DNA from: a virus
DNA length: 64,000 nucleotides
IMG/VR virus record: IMGVR_UViG_3300033388_006651
Location: 1 to 64,000 of that record
Strand: one strand, 5' to 3'
Under the pieces are notes generated by a model that was not told the origin of the DNA, ran no database searches, and saw only the letters and a program-made list of their open reading frames with translations. Each line of letters starts with the position of its first letter. Positions within the stretch are counted from its first letter, which is position 1. Shown one piece after another: positions 20,153-30,324 of this stretch. Position numbers and translations under genes: made by a program.

Positions 20153-21313
20153 TCACTGACAGCCCCACCGAAAGTTGTCGATGAAAACGTAACTGTCGAG
20201 TGTCCCGTCGAATCCGTCGAACACCGCGAAAACGATCGTCACGGTGTCTCCTGGAGGTAGAAAAGCGACCGCGGTATTCCAGTCGGTGGCCCCGCTCTCA
20301 GCCATGCAAGTGCCCACGAGAGCAGGCGCCGAAGGTTCGTAGTCAGGTTCAAAACCGATTGTGTTGAGGGAGACGGCGTTTCCTTGGTCCGTCAAGGCAA
20401 CATTGCCCGTCCAATCTCCGGCTTCGAGCCAAACGAGGAACATGTCGTTGTACCCGCTGCCCACATCGCCTGGAATGCCTCTGGAAAGGAAGGCCCAGTC
20501 GAAGCTGAACTGGTCCACCGTTTCAGGCACCGTCACTTGGACACGAAGCTCCATGTAGTCGTATGTGTTGAAGGAGATTTGAGAAAGCTGCCCCTGGATC
20601 GTGTTGGAGCAGTCCCCTGTGCCTACTAACTCGGGATAGAGGTAGCAGTCTCCGGCATTGGTTTCCTGGATCGGGGCCGGGAGATCGAGATCTCCCGGTT
20701 CCTCAACGTCGCCGAGAAACTGGCTGCATGTCGTCATATCAGGAGGGAGATCGAGATCGCTAGTGTGTCCCGTGCCCAGAACCAAATAGCGCTCACCCTC
20801 GGTGGGATCCCAGGTGTCCGTTGTGCCGAAATGGGTTCGTGCTTCCCACCCCTCTTCCATCGCGGTCACCCCTGCCGACACCTGGATCTCCCCGGGGCAC
20901 CCAAGGCCGATCAACGCCGCAGCGTCTAGCCCTTCTCCTTCGTCACAAGGCGCGTGCTGAGGGACTACGCATGCCGGGCAGTCCACGTCCGGGTCAAGGC
21001 CACACGGGAGATCCTCATCACCGTCGCCGTCCCCGTCTCCACTGGTCGTGCTGGCGTCCGTGCTGGAGGTCGTGGAGGCGTCCGTGCTGGAGGTCGTGGA
21101 GGCGTCCGTGTTTTCACCTTCTCCACTTCCTGCGGTTCCCGTACCGGCCTCTTCCATGGTCGAAAGATCAGGGTTGAATTCAGCAGCGCAGCCGAGAGTC
21201 AAAACGGCACCCAACAAACATCCAATGATCGATCCCCTCATGCTGAAAAGTGTAGCAGGTGCGATCCCTTTCGTGGAAAGCGCGCTCGGGGAACTGTTTT
21301 GGTTGGGACCCAT
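20153..21313 (-). CDS. Lipoprotein with a choice-of-anchor-L-like C-terminal domain (moron); the start may be 21241
   Basis: Signal peptide and lipobox MRGSIIGCLLGAVLTLG-C, a Thr/Ser/Asp linker with GDGDGDGD and a Cys-rich segment. The C-terminal domain reads FSFDWAFLS...YNDMF...NVAL...AVFDGFDGTLDSYVFID. Confidence 0.7.
   Translation of the reverse strand: MGPNQNSSPSALSTKGIAPATLFSMRGSIIGCLLGAVLTLGCAAEFNPDLSTMEEAGTGTAGSGEGENTDASTTSSTDASTTSSTDASTTSGDGDGDGDEDLPCGLDPDVDCPACVVPQHAPCDEGEGLDAAALIGLGCPGEIQVSAGVTAMEEGWEARTHFGTTDTWDPTEGERYLVLGTGHTSDLDLPPDMTTCSQFLGDVEEPGDLDLPAPIQETNAGDCYLYPELVGTGDCSNTIQGQLSQISFNTYDYMELRVQVTVPETVDQFSFDWAFLSRGIPGDVGSGYNDMFLVWLEAGDWTGNVALTDQGNAVSLNTIGFEPDYEPSAPALVGTCMAESGATDWNTAVAFLPPGDTVTIVFAVFDGFDGTLDSYVFIDNFRWGCQ
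21048..21110 (-). repeat. 24-nt in-frame tandem repeat (TDASTTSS, about 3 copies) in the lipoprotein linker
   Basis: GGCGTCCGTGCTGGAGGTCGTGGA repeats on the plus strand. Confidence 0.85.
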
Positions 21314-21317
21314 GGTG

Positions 21318-21359
21318 CTTTGTGCACGGAGCTAGGGAACTTTTTACACAAGGATTTCG
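21318..21359 (-). promoter_or_regulatory. Putative phage promoter CGAAATC..TGTGTAAAAAG-N9-TCCGTGCACAAAG (copy 1)
   Basis: Near-identical to the element at 46608-46648. Ends 4 nt before the ATG at 21313. Confidence 0.6.
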
Positions 21360-21506
21360 CCAAAGGGCCTCTCAGGGGGCCTCCCGACCGATCCACGGGA
21401 TCGAGAGATGCGCCAGGAGCGCTCAGGGTGCTTGCTGCCCCCTTTGAGACTGGGAGGGCTGGGGCCATTTTTCCGCTTATAGGCGCCCCCGTTGTAGGGC
21501 CGCTGA

Positions 21507-21614
21507 ATGCAGATCGAAGCCACAGTTGTCGAAGGCGCTCCCCTTCAACAAGCGATCGAGTTTCCCCTCGGTAGGGTGAATCCAGTGCGACCTGAGCAGG
21601 GGGAGACGGCATGA
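21507..21614 (+). CDS. Putative small ORF (35 aa) coupled to the next gene
   Basis: Translates as MQIEATVVEGAPLQQAIEFPLGRVNPVRPEQGETA*. Its TGA overlaps the ATG at 21611 (ATGA). Confidence 0.35.
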   Translation: MQIEATVVEGAPLQQAIEFPLGRVNPVRPEQGETA

Positions 21615-22399
21615 GGATCGTTGCGACACTCGACTCGAACGAGATCATCCAGTTGGAGAAGAACCCACCCAATGGCGTGGGCGTGGCTCGGAATGGCCAG
21701 TACATGGTCCCTATCGCAGAGGGGGTGAAGGTCGCTGTTGAGCCCGATAGTTTCATCATCCCCACCTCCGATCCCAACTCGGTGGTAGCGCGGAACTTCG
21801 CAGGGTTACTCGTCCAACACCCGCAGTTTGAAAACGTCCTCTTCAACCCCCTCATCGAGGGCGGCGATATCGACGATCTCGATCCGGCGGGTGTTTTGAA
21901 CGAAGGGTCTCCGGTGACGGATTCCTACATTTCACGATTCCAATTTGGTCGTGGGACGGCCGGGCCCCTCCCTTCGGGAAATGCTGCGAACTCGGTCGCG
22001 GTCCTTCCTCAAAATGAGAGTGTGGGTCCTGGCTTTGAACGTCCCGGCGTGATCGTTACGAACACCATCGACGTGGGTCCACTCACCGGTGGGATCGGCG
22101 CTACGGAGTTTGCCGTTTATTGGTACGTGTACGAATTTTCGACGACCGTTGACGTGCGGTCCAGCTTCGGAACTTTTACGGGTCAGAACTCTCCGGCGAT
22201 CCGGGAGGTCCTTGAGATCGACCAAGAACCGTCTGACTTCGAGGTCTTCATCTCGATCAACGATGGTGCCAACTATTTTCCGATCGAGCGGTTGCTCCCA
22301 GTTGCGTTCTGCACCCCCGGGCTCCTCATCCGGTTGGCTTTCAAGAACACCAACTCCCTCAACAAGCGCTTCATCGCGCACTACGGGTTGCTTTTTTAA
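21611..22399 (+). CDS. Probable virion structural protein (262 aa)
   Basis: SD GGGAG upstream. The VFISINDGANY motif is common in phage tail/baseplate proteins. Confidence 0.55.
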   Translation: MRIVATLDSNEIIQLEKNPPNGVGVARNGQYMVPIAEGVKVAVEPDSFIIPTSDPNSVVARNFAGLLVQHPQFENVLFNPLIEGGDIDDLDPAGVLNEGSPVTDSYISRFQFGRGTAGPLPSGNAANSVAVLPQNESVGPGFERPGVIVTNTIDVGPLTGGIGATEFAVYWYVYEFSTTVDVRSSFGTFTGQNSPAIREVLEIDQEPSDFEVFISINDGANYFPIERLLPVAFCTPGLLIRLAFKNTNSLNKRFIAHYGLLF

Positions 22400-22400
22400 G

Positions 22401-23636
22401 ATGGCCAAACGTAGATACAGGAAGACGGCGACCTGCACGGTCTGTGAGTCGCCGTTCGACACGAGCAAGTACAGCGTTGCGCAAACGTGCTCCTCGCAGT
22501 GTCGAGGTGCCCTTCAACGTCAGAAGTCTGAATTGAAATTCCGGCTCGACGCTTTCGATGCGTGGACACCCGACATGGCCTACGCGCTCGGTCTGATTTT
22601 CAGCGACGGCAACATCACCAAACCGAAGCACGGATCTTGGCGCCTCCAATTCATCAGCACAGACCCAGAACAGACGACATGGTTCCACGGGTTCGTTGGT
22701 AATCCGAACAAGATTTCTGTTGTGATCCCTGAGCCGGGGATGATCCAGGGATGCGTCATCAACAGCACCAAGACTCAGTACAGGTCGATAACCGCAAGCG
22801 ATACGCTAGTGACACGTCTCAGAGATCTGGGCATTCGTCCTCGCAAGTCGAAAGAAGCCAATGGGCTGATGCAGGTCCCGGATGCAATGGTGAGCCATTT
22901 CCTACGAGGGGTTTGTGATGGGGACGGCTCTGTCATGTTCATCAAAAACGCGAAAATGCCAAAAGGGAAAACTCTCCGAAGCACTATCGTGTGTTATCCG
23001 AAGAAAGATCGCTTGTTTCTTTCGCGGCTTCTCCAAACCCTTGGAGTGCCCCATACGGTGACCGAGAAAACGGTCCGTATGGATGGCAGCCAAGCCGAGT
23101 TGTTCTGCAAGGCCATCTACGAAGGCGACGGTGTACGGCTCGAGCGCAAGCACCAGGTCTGGAAAAACTGGTGTGCGATGCGGGCCGACGTTGGGGGTCT
23201 GATCACGGAACGAGACCCTTACGAGCCTCTCCGTGGGGTGCGTTCCCAACCGTGGCATCGCTGGTTCGGTCAACTGCCGGATCGACAGATCGCCAAGAAA
23301 ACCGGGAAGGCCGTTAGCACCGTTGCCCTTGCTCGGAAAAAACTGGGCATTGATCCGGTGCCCCCGGCAAAGAAGATTGCCCCACGTCCGTGGCACTCCT
23401 CAGTTGGAGGGATGCCCGATTCTCATGTGGCTACGAAGTTCGGAATTTCTCCGGCCACCGTTCTGCACTACCGACGCAAAATGTCCGTCCCGATTTACAC
23501 CCCTTCAACACCGACGTGGCATGCACTCGTCGGTACAGTGTCTGACTCTGCTCTCGCCAGACAACTTGGGATCGACCGGAGCACAGTTTCGAATCATCGA
23601 CGCCGGTACGGATTACCGGCTGCAAGGAGCCTTTGA
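22401..23636 (+). CDS. Free-standing LAGLIDADG homing endonuclease with an N-terminal Zn finger and C-terminal HTH-like repeats
   Basis: The ATG at 22401 is in frame with ORF 22089..23636. Motifs are CTVC...CSSQC, MAYALGLIFSDG and HFLRGVCDGDG, plus three WH...G...D...A...G....TV...R repeats. Confidence 0.8.
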   Translation: MAKRRYRKTATCTVCESPFDTSKYSVAQTCSSQCRGALQRQKSELKFRLDAFDAWTPDMAYALGLIFSDGNITKPKHGSWRLQFISTDPEQTTWFHGFVGNPNKISVVIPEPGMIQGCVINSTKTQYRSITASDTLVTRLRDLGIRPRKSKEANGLMQVPDAMVSHFLRGVCDGDGSVMFIKNAKMPKGKTLRSTIVCYPKKDRLFLSRLLQTLGVPHTVTEKTVRMDGSQAELFCKAIYEGDGVRLERKHQVWKNWCAMRADVGGLITERDPYEPLRGVRSQPWHRWFGQLPDRQIAKKTGKAVSTVALARKKLGIDPVPPAKKIAPRPWHSSVGGMPDSHVATKFGISPATVLHYRRKMSVPIYTPSTPTWHALVGTVSDSALARQLGIDRSTVSNHRRRYGLPAARSL

Positions 23637-23639
23637 GCT

Positions 23640-26600
23640 ATGAGTCAAGATTTTGGGAATGGCGTGAGCCGCACTCTCGACGCGTTCGCGCGTCAGTTTC
23701 AAACCGTGGTTTTCCAGACCGGGATGCCACCGCTAGATAGCGAGTTAAATCTCGTCCAGCAGGACCAGGTCGAACAGCTCGCCCAGATGGTTCGGGCGGA
23801 AGCGCATTCCGGGTTCTTCTTGGACCCCACTCGTGCGCTCGAAGACTTCGTGACAAACGGCTCGTGGTCGAACCTGTTTGAGTTCGCTCAGCAGAAGGAC
23901 GACGCTGACGGCGATCCCGAAGAGCTTGCTCCGGTGATGTATGCCAACGTCAACGGTTGGATCATCCCCGTTGCTGGCAGCAACATCATTCAGGAGGGGA
24001 CGACTACCAACCAGATCAATCTGTTCCCGCCCCCTGAGAGCGATGCCCGGATTGACTTCATTTTCCTGGAGGCGTGGACCGTCAATGTCGCGCCCAATCC
24101 CAGCACGGCCAACAAGCCTGCGGCGGACAAGATCTGGAAGTGGGGCAACGTCGAGTTCGGCGCCACCAACCTCGACGACGACATCACGGATCCGACTATC
24201 GGTTTCGAGACCACGGAGCGCGTCCAGCTCCAGTACCAGATTCGGGTCGTGGGCTCAGGATCAGGTGCGGGCTCGAGCCCGGATCTCTCGGTTTACCCGG
24301 ATGGCTTGGGCGACCCCAACGTCTTCGCTCAAGGACCTCAGAGTTCGATCACCGCGTTCACCTTCGCCAACATGCGCAACCCTTTGGGGGACCCCTCCCT
24401 CTGGCGTGCCGGCGACGGAGACCCCCAGAACACCCTGGGCACCACCGACGGTTACGTCTACGCGGTTCCCATGTGCGCCGTGTTCCGGCGCAACAACCAG
24501 CCGTTCGTGGCAGTCAACCTGAGCGGCAACCCGAACCAGAACGGTGCGTTTGATCGTAACCCCTCGGCAGCCACTTTGGCCGATCCGCAAGACGGGGCTA
24601 AGCGTCTGACCACCATGGCGTTGGTGAACGACATGCTCCCTGAGCAGTTCACCGTGGACACCCTCATCGAGGTGGACAACCTCATCGGTTCGGGTTGGGA
24701 CGACCCCAACATCAACCTGACGAACGCTTTCATGGTGCTGGATGACGAGGTGATCGGCATCTCGGCGGTAGATACCACCTCCTCTCCCAATACCATCACG
24801 ATTCCAGCAGGTGGCCGTGGTCGGTGGGGAAGCGACCCTCTTACCCATGTGGGACGTAACATCAACGGCGATGTTGGCTCCGGCACCCCGGTGAACTTTT
24901 TCAACACGCGTGACGACGGCTTGTTCGCCGACGAGATCGCACAAGATGACATCCTCGACCTGCGTCGTGGCTGCAACCTCGGAGACTGGGACTACAGCCG
25001 CATCTTGCTGCACAATGTCGCCGCTCTGATGCGCAACCGTCTACGCTCCACCTGGAAGCAGGCCGGCAACGACGGTGGCGACACGCAAGGCGTGACGATC
25101 ACCGAGGTGGATTACCTCCTCCAAGACGGCGGCACGGCGGCTCCTTTTGGCACCGAAGCGCTTGATGGTCCTGACGGCATCCGACAAATCTGGTCGGACG
25201 CTGCAGCCATTCAAGGTGATGTGACGTTGTTGCTCAACCCCGATGGCACCATCAACGCGGGGTTCATTCAGACCCTCGACGATCTGGTGGACTGGGACGT
25301 TGGCGCGGATTTCAAACCCGCCGCGTTCATGAACAACATCAACAACACGACGCCGGGATTCACCGACGGCACCACGATTTTCCTGTACATCGGTGGTGAC
25401 GACGGCTCCAACGGAGCTCGCAAGACGTTCCGTGATGGCGGTACGCGTGCCGTTCGTTTCGTTGCTCCGCAGGAGTACTGGAAGACCCAGTTCCCCAACA
25501 GCAACACGGGACTGCAACATCCGGTGTCGCTCCTTTGGGTGAACTCGACCGAGTTCAACAACGGAAACGCAGCAGCCGGAGCTGGACTCCAGTCCCTGAC
25601 GCCGGCTGGCCCAGGTCAGACCGCGACCGAACACCCGGGACCGATGTACCCGCTCCAGTCACAGGACTTCGAGAAGCCCTTCCTGGTGTGTGGCGGCGTC
25701 CTCAACACGGCCTCTGTCATCACAGGCGTCGATGGTGCGACTCAACTTGAGGGGAACAGTCTCTCTGGTGGCACCATCCCTCTGGGAGAGGGCGAGATCG
25801 TCTTGCCCGGTATCGATTTCGATACCCCGGCAGATTGGTGGAGTGCCACCGCTCTGGGAGCGTTCGCCAATGACCCGAACCTCTTGAACTTCCCCGTCAT
25901 TCGGGGCCAGCGAACCCTGTGGGATCTCCTTACCAACGGAGGCAAGGACATCACCGGCAAGTCGTCGGAGGTGTACCTCATCATCTTCGGTGATGACGAG
26001 ACCACCGCGAACAACGGAGCTTTCCGCGTCATCGGAGCGGGCACCACGTCTGCCAACGGTGGCTTGACCACCAACCCTGCCAGCCAGAGCAACCGACTTC
26101 GTGTCGAGTTCATCTCGCAGGGGATCGATGACTTCGACAACACGACCACCAAGACTGTCACGGTCGAGATGCGGTCGCAGATCACCAACTCCGAGGACGG
26201 AAACGGCTCGGCCGGTGGCCCTGCTGCGATGACCATCACTTGCACGGACCTTCGGGCTGTTGCGGGTGGGGCGTCGAACCCTTGGAACGTGGAGAACATC
26301 AACCCTGGTGTGAAGCCGGGCCATTCGCTGACGACCCCGTTCGATTTCAAGGCCGTCTTGAACGTCACGATGATGTACCACCCCGGACGTGGGGCTATGG
26401 CTCGTGTGCCGGACAAGATCAACCGCATCACGATCCAGTCGCCGCTCAGTACGATTCTTCGTCAGAGCAAAGCGGTTCTCGATCCCAACTTCCCGAATGA
26501 GACGGGCGCTCCTGGGAACCCGGCCGAGGTCGATTACTGCCCCACGCATGTCCAGACGTGGAACCGGTTGCCCAGTTTGGGTCTTGCGGCTCCGCAGGCA

Positions 26601-29345
26601 CCGGACTACGGCGGCAACGTTGTCCTGAGTTCGGAGATCGATCGTGAAAACGAGAGTTTCTTCGACAACGGCTCCAAGACCCTGATGTTCCGGCCGTTCC
26701 AGCGGCAGGCGATGACCTTCCAGGGGTTCACGATCATCACGGATCTGGCCGACCTCACGTCGCTCCCGCCGGCCAACACTGACACGTTGCTCGGTGCGGC
26801 GACGATCGCCAATCCGCTCAACGGGACCCAGTACCCGAACCCGTCCCTCATCCCCAACGGTTGGGACGGTCCCAAGGACGATGCCAACATCTTCACGACC
26901 GGTCTGCGCATGGGGTACCCGGTGCCGTCCCAGTACGTGCCGCGCTTCGGTCGTCAGGACATCCCCTACTTCCAGGACAACGGTCCGATTTTCGGGGCCG
27001 GTGTCTTCTTGGAAGGCATCAACCACCTGTTCAGCGACAGCACCAATCTGACGAACCCCGTGTTCGACATCATCGGCGGTGAGGACAACCAGACGGGTGG
27101 CGTTCAGGTCACTCCGTTCTACCTCCAAACCGGTGCCACCGGCGGTCTCGAGTACGGCCAGTACGCGACCATCTTGGCCACGCTCACGCCCGCCTACCAG
27201 GGTCGTTTGACCACCGAAATCGGGGACGGTTGCTCTGAGGCGGCTGAGATCACCGCGAAGCTCAACGGCGTTGTCAGTTCGGACTTCGGTTCGGGCCTCA
27301 AGGGCATCATGTTGCCGCCGTACCTGGGCATCGCCCGGCTGTACGGGGTCTACGACCGACGTGACTTCGTGGCCAAGGGTGGTGTGACTTTCCAGAGTGA
27401 CCGTGTCACTCCCGAAGCCAACCCGGCCGTCAACTTGTTGCGTCGCGATGCGGACAAGCAGACCCTCTTCATCTGTGAAGACGGTGCGTTCGATTTGACC
27501 GGAGTACGCGGAGACCACACGTACATCGTCCCGTTCAACACGATCGACATCAGCAAGTCCCCGGAGTTCGTGGGCGGGGAGATCCCGGAGCAGCTTGAGT
27601 ATGTGCTTGAGTTCACCTCCTACGGGTTCGGCAACGGGTGGATCAACGAGAACAACTTCGTGATGGCTCGTCGCCACAACGGCCAGGGCACGCTCCGACA
27701 GGACATCGACAACCCCGAACTTTCGGGTGCGTTCATGAACATCCCGTCGTCGGCGCCTGATTCGAGCCGCCTCTACACGGCGTACAACCGCACCGTGTAC
27801 CAGGGCGACCCGTACATGACTCGCCAAGGGGCGACTCGGACGACCACGGACTACGAGAACCGCTACGGACAGGTCTCTCAGGGCAATGCGTTCGGCATGA
27901 ACGAGTCCATCCAGCAGTTCGACGCAGAAGGGGACCAAATCCCTGAGCGTCCCAACGCTCGGTCGTTCCAAGTCCTCGCCGCTGTGGATTTCTATACGAC
28001 GATGGGTACGGGAAATATCGGCGGTCGTTTGTTCGCCGGCACCGTGACCGATGTCGGGTACACCAACGATGCACTGCCCGCGGCAGACCGCATTCCTCCA
28101 GCGTCGAACACACCGGCCTGGAAGATCCTGACCCGTTCCTTCACGGAGGGACAGGCGAACGTCAACACGGACCGTGCTCAGGCTGTCCTCGAGATCACTG
28201 GTTCGTCGGCAACGGTTCCGGTCTTCGACTACACCGTTTCGGCGCTCACGATCTTCACCCCCGCAGGGCTTCCCGTGATCTTCACGGGTGTCAACGGGGC
28301 TACTGCCGCCGTCGATGAGTTCGATGCTTCGTCGCCTGATGTGGCCGTCGTGGCACGCGAGCTGTGGACGAAGATCAATGCTCGAACCGAGATCCAGAGC
28401 ATCGTGGCCGCGTTCAACGACATCGACTCGCCTCAGATCGAGATCGTGGCATTCGAGGTGGGAGCTGCAGGCAACGAGGTCAAGGTCCAGATCAACAACA
28501 CGGACGACTTCTTGCTCAAGGTCCCGACCACGGGCGCGCAAGGACTCAACGCGTTGTTGACGACGACCAGTTTGCTTGGTGGTGAGGATCTTCGTCTCAA
28601 CGCCGGCAACGGAACGACGCAGTTGGACCTCACCGGTATGACCGAGCGGATGCCGCTGGGTCTTCTGTTGCAGGACTCCGACTTCATCGGCGAGAACCCG
28701 CTCAACGACACCGCTTCGGCCGTCAACACCTTCTTCGGAGGGATTCGTCCGGTGCAGAGTCTGTTGCCTCTGACCGCTTCGGCCGGTGAGGAGTTCACAC
28801 GGTTCGCGGGGTCCCCTGGCGAGTTGATAGCTTCGTCGGATGGCGCGATCCTCCAGTACACGGCCTTCAACGAGGACACCAACCCAGGTGGTTCCAGGAG
28901 TTTCCGTCTGTTCCGTGGTGGCGGCTCGAGCCTCGTGCTCGGCGGTCGCAACCCTGGTGGTCCTGTGGACTGGTTCTCCGACACCATGGCGCCTGCTCTG
29001 ATGCCGGTGCTCAAGGGTGGTCTGCTGGCTTGCAAGGCTCTGTTGGTTCGCAACTTCGTCGAGGAAGCGTTCTCGACGGACGACACGACCACGGACGGTG
29101 ACGAGATTCAGATGGTGTTGCTCACCTTGGGCATCATCGGTGAGGAGCGCGCCGAGCAACAGCAGAACGGCATCACGATCGGCGGCATCATCAGCCCCAC
29201 CGGCTTCGGTGAGGGGTATGCGGCATCCGATCGTTACCGCATCGACGGGAAGCCCATGTTCGTGGGCCGCACTCGGGTCGTGCCTGATCCGGAGACCGTG
29301 CCCATGGCACCGTTCCCGGGCCGTGACGAAAGTGAGATTCTATGA
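23640..29345 (+). CDS. Very large virion structural protein (1901 aa), baseplate-wedge-like; paralogue of 9867..13298
   Basis: SD AGGAG upstream. N-terminal VVFQTGMPPLDSELN motif and blocks shared with 9867..13298. Confidence 0.65.
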   Translation: MSQDFGNGVSRTLDAFARQFQTVVFQTGMPPLDSELNLVQQDQVEQLAQMVRAEAHSGFFLDPTRALEDFVTNGSWSNLFEFAQQKDDADGDPEELAPVMYANVNGWIIPVAGSNIIQEGTTTNQINLFPPPESDARIDFIFLEAWTVNVAPNPSTANKPAADKIWKWGNVEFGATNLDDDITDPTIGFETTERVQLQYQIRVVGSGSGAGSSPDLSVYPDGLGDPNVFAQGPQSSITAFTFANMRNPLGDPSLWRAGDGDPQNTLGTTDGYVYAVPMCAVFRRNNQPFVAVNLSGNPNQNGAFDRNPSAATLADPQDGAKRLTTMALVNDMLPEQFTVDTLIEVDNLIGSGWDDPNINLTNAFMVLDDEVIGISAVDTTSSPNTITIPAGGRGRWGSDPLTHVGRNINGDVGSGTPVNFFNTRDDGLFADEIAQDDILDLRRGCNLGDWDYSRILLHNVAALMRNRLRSTWKQAGNDGGDTQGVTITEVDYLLQDGGTAAPFGTEALDGPDGIRQIWSDAAAIQGDVTLLLNPDGTINAGFIQTLDDLVDWDVGADFKPAAFMNNINNTTPGFTDGTTIFLYIGGDDGSNGARKTFRDGGTRAVRFVAPQEYWKTQFPNSNTGLQHPVSLLWVNSTEFNNGNAAAGAGLQSLTPAGPGQTATEHPGPMYPLQSQDFEKPFLVCGGVLNTASVITGVDGATQLEGNSLSGGTIPLGEGEIVLPGIDFDTPADWWSATALGAFANDPNLLNFPVIRGQRTLWDLLTNGGKDITGKSSEVYLIIFGDDETTANNGAFRVIGAGTTSANGGLTTNPASQSNRLRVEFISQGIDDFDNTTTKTVTVEMRSQITNSEDGNGSAGGPAAMTITCTDLRAVAGGASNPWNVENINPGVKPGHSLTTPFDFKAVLNVTMMYHPGRGAMARVPDKINRITIQSPLSTILRQSKAVLDPNFPNETGAPGNPAEVDYCPTHVQTWNRLPSLGLAAPQAPDYGGNVVLSSEIDRENESFFDNGSKTLMFRPFQRQAMTFQGFTIITDLADLTSLPPANTDTLLGAATIANPLNGTQYPNPSLIPNGWDGPKDDANIFTTGLRMGYPVPSQYVPRFGRQDIPYFQDNGPIFGAGVFLEGINHLFSDSTNLTNPVFDIIGGEDNQTGGVQVTPFYLQTGATGGLEYGQYATILATLTPAYQGRLTTEIGDGCSEAAEITAKLNGVVSSDFGSGLKGIMLPPYLGIARLYGVYDRRDFVAKGGVTFQSDRVTPEANPAVNLLRRDADKQTLFICEDGAFDLTGVRGDHTYIVPFNTIDISKSPEFVGGEIPEQLEYVLEFTSYGFGNGWINENNFVMARRHNGQGTLRQDIDNPELSGAFMNIPSSAPDSSRLYTAYNRTVYQGDPYMTRQGATRTTTDYENRYGQVSQGNAFGMNESIQQFDAEGDQIPERPNARSFQVLAAVDFYTTMGTGNIGGRLFAGTVTDVGYTNDALPAADRIPPASNTPAWKILTRSFTEGQANVNTDRAQAVLEITGSSATVPVFDYTVSALTIFTPAGLPVIFTGVNGATAAVDEFDASSPDVAVVARELWTKINARTEIQSIVAAFNDIDSPQIEIVAFEVGAAGNEVKVQINNTDDFLLKVPTTGAQGLNALLTTTSLLGGEDLRLNAGNGTTQLDLTGMTERMPLGLLLQDSDFIGENPLNDTASAVNTFFGGIRPVQSLLPLTASAGEEFTRFAGSPGELIASSDGAILQYTAFNEDTNPGGSRSFRLFRGGGSSLVLGGRNPGGPVDWFSDTMAPALMPVLKGGLLACKALLVRNFVEEAFSTDDTTTDGDEIQMVLLTLGIIGEERAEQQQNGITIGGIISPTGFGEGYAASDRYRIDGKPMFVGRTRVVPDPETVPMAPFPGRDESEIL

Positions 29346-29731
29346 ACCATTTGTCGCAGCAAATGATCTCCATTGAGCTCCGGAAGCCGCACATTCAGCG
29401 GCAACGGCGGAGACTCCAGGAGAAGCTGCGACAACCTGGCCTTTCGGCCACGGACCGGATCACCCTGCAAAACATGTTGGGGTTTCTTGGAAAACCAAAA
29501 GAGTACAAATGGACGGATACGCCTCAACCGGGGGCGATAGACCCTGGACCGATGCCTGTCGTTGAGATCGAACTCGACTTCGACGGTGCCACCTTCGAAA
29601 CACTCTCTACGCTGCCGCATTCACGGCTTTATCTCTACGCATATCAGGAAGGTCTGGAAGTCAAACCCGGTGATACCAAGGCTCTGGTCGTCAAGACGAT
29701 CTTGGCCGAACACCAAGGAGAAGAACCATGA
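29342..29731 (+). CDS. Hypothetical protein (129 aa)
   Basis: ATGA overlaps at both ends. Confidence 0.6.
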   Translation: MNHLSQQMISIELRKPHIQRQRRRLQEKLRQPGLSATDRITLQNMLGFLGKPKEYKWTDTPQPGAIDPGPMPVVEIELDFDGATFETLSTLPHSRLYLYAYQEGLEVKPGDTKALVVKTILAEHQGEEP

Positions 29732-30309
29732 AGAACCGACTCATGATGCTGCTAGCGTTGCTGGCCGTTTTCACCATCAGCGCCCCTGTACTTGCTGAGG
29801 CGCCTGTGGCTGCCGCGGCTGCCACTGGGGATACCAAAACCGACGACGCCAAAGCTGACGCTAAGGCTGACGACGCCAAAGCGCCTGACGCCAAAGCTGA
29901 TGACGCCAAAGCCGGAGACGGCAAAGAAGGCGATGCCAAGGTCGACGCGAAGGACGAAGCCAAGGCAGAAATCACCAGTGATGACGAGGCGGTTGCCGCA
30001 GCGTCAGCGCTGTTCACCGCCATTCAGGAAAAGCACTGGGGTCTCGCGTTGGGTCTCGGCCTTTCGTTACTCGTGTTCGGTCTGCGCAAGGCGAAGGTGC
30101 TTGCCAAGGTTCCTGCCAAGATGCTTCCGTGGGTCACGGCTGTGATCGGCGTGGTCGGCTACGTTGTGGCCGCACTCATGACGGATGGTGCCAACATGAC
30201 GGATGCGATTGTCGGAGGTGCCACAACGGGTGTCGCGGCTGTCGGTCTCTGGGAGATGGTGCTCAAGCACTTCCTCTCCAAAAAGGATGCTGAGGAAAGC
30301 ACTGCGTAG
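29728..30309 (+). CDS. Membrane protein, holin-like (193 aa)
   Basis: SD AAGGAG upstream. Signal-like N-terminus, KADDA low-complexity repeats and three hydrophobic segments. Last gene before the terminator. Confidence 0.5.
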   Translation: MKNRLMMLLALLAVFTISAPVLAEAPVAAAAATGDTKTDDAKADAKADDAKAPDAKADDAKAGDGKEGDAKVDAKDEAKAEITSDDEAVAAASALFTAIQEKHWGLALGLGLSLLVFGLRKAKVLAKVPAKMLPWVTAVIGVVGYVVAALMTDGANMTDAIVGGATTGVAAVGLWEMVLKHFLSKKDAEESTA

Positions 30310-30324
30310 CGTTGCGTGATGTGG

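Noticed and set aside
23625-23642. AGG AGC CTT TGA G at the end of the LAGLIDADG gene resembles a second prfB-type frameshift site
   Set aside because: The +1 frame gives only GAG CTA TGA (immediate stop), the base after UGA is G, and AGGAG is adequately explained as the SD of the 23640 gene.
13036-29159. Very long minus-strand ORFs (for example 13036..16503 and 25659..29159, and similar ones elsewhere)
   Set aside because: They are antisense shadows of GC-rich plus-strand genes, with Arg/Val/Gly-rich composition and no recognisable motifs.
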